Positions 58,512 to 64,000 of a stretch of 64,000 nt of DNA are shown piece after piece. The translations under genes and the position numbers were made by a program. The notes beneath the pieces were generated by a model. The model was given only the letters and a program-made list of their open reading frames with translations. It ran no database searches and had not been told where the DNA came from. The stretch is from Amphiscolops sp. MND2022 (taxonomy: Eukaryota), in assembly GCA_964187785.1 (NCBI GenBank), contig OZ076419.1:31186001-31250000 (forward strand), given 5' to 3'. Every line of letters starts with the position of its first letter. Position 1 is the stretch's first letter.

Positions 58512-58800
58512 TCCTGGTTGAAACTGCTTGAATTTTTGCAACGTTTTGTAGGTTGCCAACTTAACGGATAATGATTTGGTAGAACTCTCAAAAAATTTCG
58601 ATGCATCAAATGTTTACTCATTCAATTGAAATTCACGACAATTTTCAAGCTGCTCAAAAGTAGCATCCTAAATTTGGCGGCAGTCCGCAGCCCTGCGCTT
58701 TTACGAGTTTTAAGAAAACAAAGTGATCGTGAGTGAAGAATTAGAAATTTTTTCAGTTTCAATTAAAATAGTGGAAGCTGCATTGGCATTGTCATTTTAC
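58512..58800 (-). mobile_element. Truncated copy of the same MITE family
   Basis: TCCTGGTTGAAACTGC start and catcctaaatttggcgg, both shared with 59299 and 49042. Confidence 0.55.
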
Positions 58801-59298
58801 AAAATTTTTACAAAACGTAAATATATACTCGTTTTTCGGTCAGCGCATTCGTATAAACAGCAGACTATAGTAGTGGCTTTTCTTTCTTAAGACCGACGAA
58901 GTGACAGATTCTATAAATTTCTATAAACCTTTTATACACCTTTCGCTACCTTGGTGTATTTAACTTCGATTCTTTTTCAGCACTGTGAGACTTTTCTTCC
59001 GAAACTTTTCCGTCGCTTTCTTAGAACATACATAACTTCTATCACGTACATAAATTCGAATGAAACGTTTTCAAAGTTCGGATGTAACGTTTTCATTGCT
59101 TGTTGAGAGTTATCGTTTCTATAAACAAAATTTAACATAATTTCCGCCCAATGCAAAGCTTTCAGTGCTATAAAACTTTTTTGGATTTTCAAAAAATCTT
59201 TGTTCAACAACTGATACTAATACCACGTCCACCGGGTACACTTTTGTCCCTTGTTTATATTTGACATTTACCGTTAAATGCACTTTCTGACGTATATA

Positions 59299-59806
59299 CC
59301 CTGGTTGAAACTGCTGGAACTTTTTCAAGTTTTTGTAGGATGCATTTCAAAGATTCTCAAGGAACCCTCCATGCATTGATGTTCCACTCATTCAATTTAA
59401 TTTTACGAAGCAGCCTATAAGATGCATCCTAGATTTGGCGGCATTTCTCCGGTTTCATCAAAATGTGTTCTAATTATGAAAGCAGCTGAGACTTCATCAA
59501 TTTTACCTACACGCGATTTCAATGCAAAGAAACTCCAGTCACGTTATACGTTTCAAAAAGGCGTCATATTCAGTATGCTATTTGACTAACGGTAATTACA
59601 TACGAAACTTACTTGAGCGTGAAAACAGAGTGATTGCGACGGTGAAGAAGTGGAAATGTTTTCACTTTCAATTAAAGTAGCGGAAGCTGCATTGCAATCC
59701 TACAAATTTTTCCCATATATGCTCTCTGATCTTTCCATGTTTTGTAAAACATTAGCCTGCATGTTTCTATGCAGCATGCAAAATTTTCAAGTTCTCTCGA
59801 CTAGGG
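59299..59806 (-). mobile_element. TA-flanked MITE, diverged subfamily in reverse orientation
   Basis: TA|CCCTGGTTGAAAC...TCGACTAGGG|TA. Internal similarity to the reverse complement of 50901-51431. Confidence 0.75.
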
Positions 59807-60169
59807 TAAACCCTGTTTAGATCTTTCAGAGCTAGATCTAGTTACATCTATCCGTTATAAAGGCTAAAATTGGAAGGATTTATCGAACCTGGATTACGTC
59901 TCCTATTTGGACTGAACAAATGCGCTTGGGCAAAAATCTTCACCTTACTCTTGTTTGTCATGTATTCACAACAATTTGGAATAAGTTTTTTTTCATTGTT
60001 TGAGCTGCATGTCTTTAATTCTTTGAGAGGCTCCAAGTCCAAGAACAGGCAACTTTTGACAGTCGAATATTTTTTGAGTCAGTTCCTTGTCCTGAAGTTA
60101 CTTTTCAAAACAATGCTAATGATTTTGATTGTAGATAAAAGTGCCTGATTCTTTAATGGCGTTTTTATT

Positions 60170-60640
60170 TAGTCGGCGCTTTTGAAGGAAAAAGCCCGAC
60201 TCTTTCAATGGGTAGTTTTTTATCCACGTATTGTCCACCGCCTTTTTGTTCATTTGTTCAACTTGAACTACGGATGTCCAAAACATACTTGAAACGTCAG
60301 AACTTCGCCCAAAACAAAACCGACGTCCAGAACCTCGGAAACATACTAAGGATCCCCAATTTGGCTATCTAGGTGTTTTATGAGACTTTGTTTCGAAATT
60401 TTTTGGTTGCAGAGTGTCCTTTGGCTGCAGAAAGGATGTTAAAAATCCCAAAATGTCCTCCCTTTCACATTTTTTGGCACTGTGATACTGTTCAAAATTC
60501 TTATTTTTCGTCCTTTTTTCGAAACGTTTTCAATGCCTCCAGAAGGTCCAACTTCATTTTTTGATATTTTGCAACGGAAAGGATGTTAAAAATCCCAAAT
60601 GGTCCCTCCTTGTGCATTTCTCGGCATTATGAGACTGTTT
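60170..60640 (+). mobile_element. Diverged copy of the Helentron-like repeat
   Basis: Shares gtcggcgc...cccgactct, tttttgttcatttgttcaac, gacgtccagaacctcg and tttttggcactgtga with 23131-23520. Confidence 0.6.
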
Positions 60641-60844
60641 GAATTTCTCATTTTTTGTCTGATATTAGGTTTTCTCAATAAATTTCCACCGGTAATTGTT
60701 TTCAATAATCAGTTATGCATAAGGACCAGTTACACCGCGTGTGAAAACACTGAGACACTTGGTAACATAAGTATTACCTGTGACAGTTTCTTATATATGA
60801 AAGGTGCCACGAAATGTTAAGTTCAAGTAGAAAAGTTACCGAAA

Positions 60845-61352
60845 TACAAGGCGAGAGTGCTCAAACTTTTTAATTACTGCAGGTCCGCATGGAGAGTTTC
60901 TCTATAAAACCTTGAAAATTCAGTAAGCTGCACTTTCCTCTATTGAAATTGAAATCTAAAACGTTTCCCCTTTCGTCACGACACGATCACGGTGTGTTCA
61001 CACTTATTTTCGAACTACTCATTAATCACCGCTTTTGGCAAAGTTCGCGAAAGATGACGCTGATTTGTTGCTTACATTGTGAACGATTTCAATTCACATT
61101 AAAATGGTTGTGGAATGGATAACAGCTTAGATGCTTTTAAATTTAGAATTGCTTCTCAATGAAACCTGCAAAAGGCTTAAAAGTGCCGCTGAAGTGAGGA
61201 TGTTTCTTTCAAGCGGCTTAATAAAAGTAGAATTGAACAGGGAAAATTTTGCGCATGAAAGATTTCGTAAGTGTTTTAGAAAATCAGAATTAAAGTTTTT
61301 AATTAATCAGAAAGCAACTTTCAGGAACGTGCAAGTAGTTTAAACAAGAAGT
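60845..61352 (+). mobile_element. Diverged copy of the same MITE family
   Basis: Shares acacgatcac, aatcaccgcttt, gatgacgct, aatgaaacctgcaaaa and ttttcgcatgaaag blocks with 7015-7563. Termini are eroded. Confidence 0.6.
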
Positions 61353-64000
61353 AAACAAAGTAAAATTCCGTATGAATTTAACAGTCATTTTGAGAAACAC
61401 TACAATTTCACATGAATTACACAAAACATTTTCTTTTTTCCCAAAACTCAAAAGTTTCAAAAAAACAATATCATTGTAAGCCGCAAGTAAACGCTGAGAG
61501 CTCTGAGTGTCATTAGAAATCTTGGAAGAATCTATTCCTTTACACAACCTTAAAATAAAAAGTATATAAAAAGATTACTTGTTTTTGGAACACACATTTT
61601 CCTTCAAATTAACGATACATTTAAAAACGCATTCCAGCACTCCTGGTTCATTTTAAGGCTTATAGTCGCGTCTGTCATCTCTACGATTCAACTGATAGTT
61701 CAAAATAAAACACTCATATGAAAAAAAATCTCTTCTCGTTCGGAACTAATATGGGATTAAAAATTGCCCTTGCCTTGCTTAAAGATGACTAGGCGCTTTG
61801 TAGTCTACTGTATATTGTTTACATTTTGGACGTTTGAATGCCGTCTAATCGTGCTATTCTTTAAACGGATCTCTCATGGTTTCCATGATGGTTCTATTTT
61901 ATTGCCAGACCAGTACTGACCTTTTCAACGTATCAATAAATACTCGGAATTCAACAAAACTCCTTCTAAAATCTAGAAGCACATGGTAACGAATCGAAAG
62001 CATTTATGTCATATAGAAGAATGTTTGTTTTGATCGTTCTTCATCAATGATGAACTATTCTGCAAGAAAAAACATTGGTAGCTTAACTTGATTTTTAGAT
62101 TCAATATTACCCAGTTCTGCGTAAATTTATTTCAATTTTGCAAGCACTTAGCAGATCTTTGTGAACAAAACTATTGGCAGACGTCAATGTTTTCATTGAG
62201 ACTTCCCAGGCCGCATATGCCTCAAAATTTTATGGTCGTAATTTAAGGTTGTTGGATTCAACAAATCAGTTTTAACTGTAAAACTGTCTCGTGGTTTCCA
62301 CTGGATCGAAAGTTTTCGAGGTGATCGCATGCTAACTTCAAGAAATTGTCCAGCAGTCGTCGAAGTGGCAACTTCTGTCGGATAAAACATCAATCAACAT
62401 TGTTCGTCCATTAACGCCTGAAAACTTTTCAGGTTACACCGACGTTTTTTTGTTCCGGGAAACTAGGTTTCCAAAGACAAGGAATTGTTCCTCAATCTAT
62501 CATGTTTATCGAGCGTTAATAGGATTATTAGAGAATCGAGAAACAAATAAAATAGAAAGTCATATTTGCTTAAATATATCAAGTTTTATGTTTCTCGTTT
62601 TAATTGCATGAAACTTCGTTTTATGTAGCTATGATTGTATATGTTCAATTGTTTTTTGAATATTTCTAGGATTCATTTTTTTTCATATCTTCACAGGACA
62701 AAATTCACCAAAATAAATAATTTCCTCCAAATGCTCCTGGTTTTTGCTGTAATAATTACAACGGTATGAGCTGAAATGTATAAATTATAACATACTTGTT
62801 TAAAACTCCTGGTTAACAAACCTGATGTTTTTGAATGAAGCCAGTAACAATTGTTGAATACTGGTCAACAAAACATGCTATTTTCTGTTAACGAATATCA
62901 AGCAATGTCTTTTATACAGATTCCTTCAGCCCACACTCGCTTTATCTCGAATCGAGCAAACTTTTTTAAAGGTTGACTGGTTTCATTCACTTTGTGATGT
63001 CAGAAAATCAAATTTTTCAAACTGGAAAACTAGAGGAACTGTAAAGTTCCTCTGTATACATAAAGTTGTTTCATGAAAGAAAATCTGATGATTTTAGTTC
63101 ATTTTTCACGCTTATTTCAATATCATGTTTCTGAAAATGCAAATGTTGGACATTATTACTACTGTTTTATTTCGTATTGTTTTTTATCTCCAAACTTGCG
63201 AACTTGAAATCTCAGCCCACGAACTAGAATGCAAAAATATAAAGGCCTTCTCTGTTGTTGTTGACTTGTAGACGTAGCACTCAGTGAATCCATTTTTAAC
63301 CAGTTGCTTCATGAAAAATACTGATCACTGTAGATTCGCATTGAAATGCACGCACTGAGTCAACTTCGGAATTGTGTAAAAGCTTTGAAAGAAACACGTT
63401 GTTCAGTTGATTGTAGCGCCATCGATTCAATTACCACAAACATTTCGGAAATTTTTGGAAAAAAATTGACAGATTGAAGAATTTGGGAAGTAAAAAACGC
63501 AACTGAGGCGTATTCCCTTCAACACTTCATTCTTGTTGATCCTCGTCCAATATTGCAATCACAAGCAACATTTCAACCCATTTTGAGCCAATTGGAAACT
63601 CCTTTGAGAAAATTTTTTCTTTCTGGCATGTGAAAATTCTGTTGAAATGTGATTCGCTCAAAATAGCAGAATGATAACACTCTTGCCAGAAAGGCAACGG
63701 CTAAGAAACATGTCGAAAGAAACAGGAGTAGTCTAATAGCGTGCTGTCAAAAAGTAGATTATAAGGATGCTGAAAAGCATTAAAGGTGAAGATATTATGA
63801 TATATTTGCAATTATCTTTTACCCACTGTGCATATGCTTGACCGGGTGGATTAGAGCATACGTACTTCCATTCCGATCCGTGATTTTACTTTGAAAATTT
63901 CTGCAAAATATCAAATGGCTAAATTTCATACTTTACTCCGAATAAAGATTTTTTACTAGTTCTATGCTGAGACATTGCAAACACATTCAACGTTGGCTTT

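Overview
AT-rich eukaryotic (animal-like) genomic DNA dominated by transposable elements. There are no rRNA genes, CRISPR arrays or prokaryotic operons, and the species cannot be determined from the sequence. The one unambiguous protein-coding unit is a full-length, apparently young Ty3/Gypsy (Mag-like) LTR retrotransposon on the minus strand (31761-37602). It has 181-bp LTRs differing at 1 position, a TCAGA target-site duplication, a PBS, a PPT and a single 1764-aa Gag-PR-RT-RH-INT ORF. That ORF is atypical: the RT motifs deviate (WLDD instead of YxDD), about 260 aa are inserted between RNase H and integrase, and a ~300-aa integrase tail carries a zinc-knuckle-like motif. A decayed relative at ~17.2-18.3 kb shares that tail. 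The rest is a mosaic of several element types: TA/AT-flanked CCC-ended MITEs; two foldback/MULE-like elements with shared asymmetric termini and 8-9 bp TSDs; a Helentron-like repeat; decayed Tc1, hAT/CGGBP1-like and possibly piggyBac-like fragments; a degenerate tRNA-Ala-like sequence; and a 1.18-kb tandem duplication. Several splice-bounded candidate exons of unidentified host genes are also present. All family assignments come from motif recognition by eye, not database searches.
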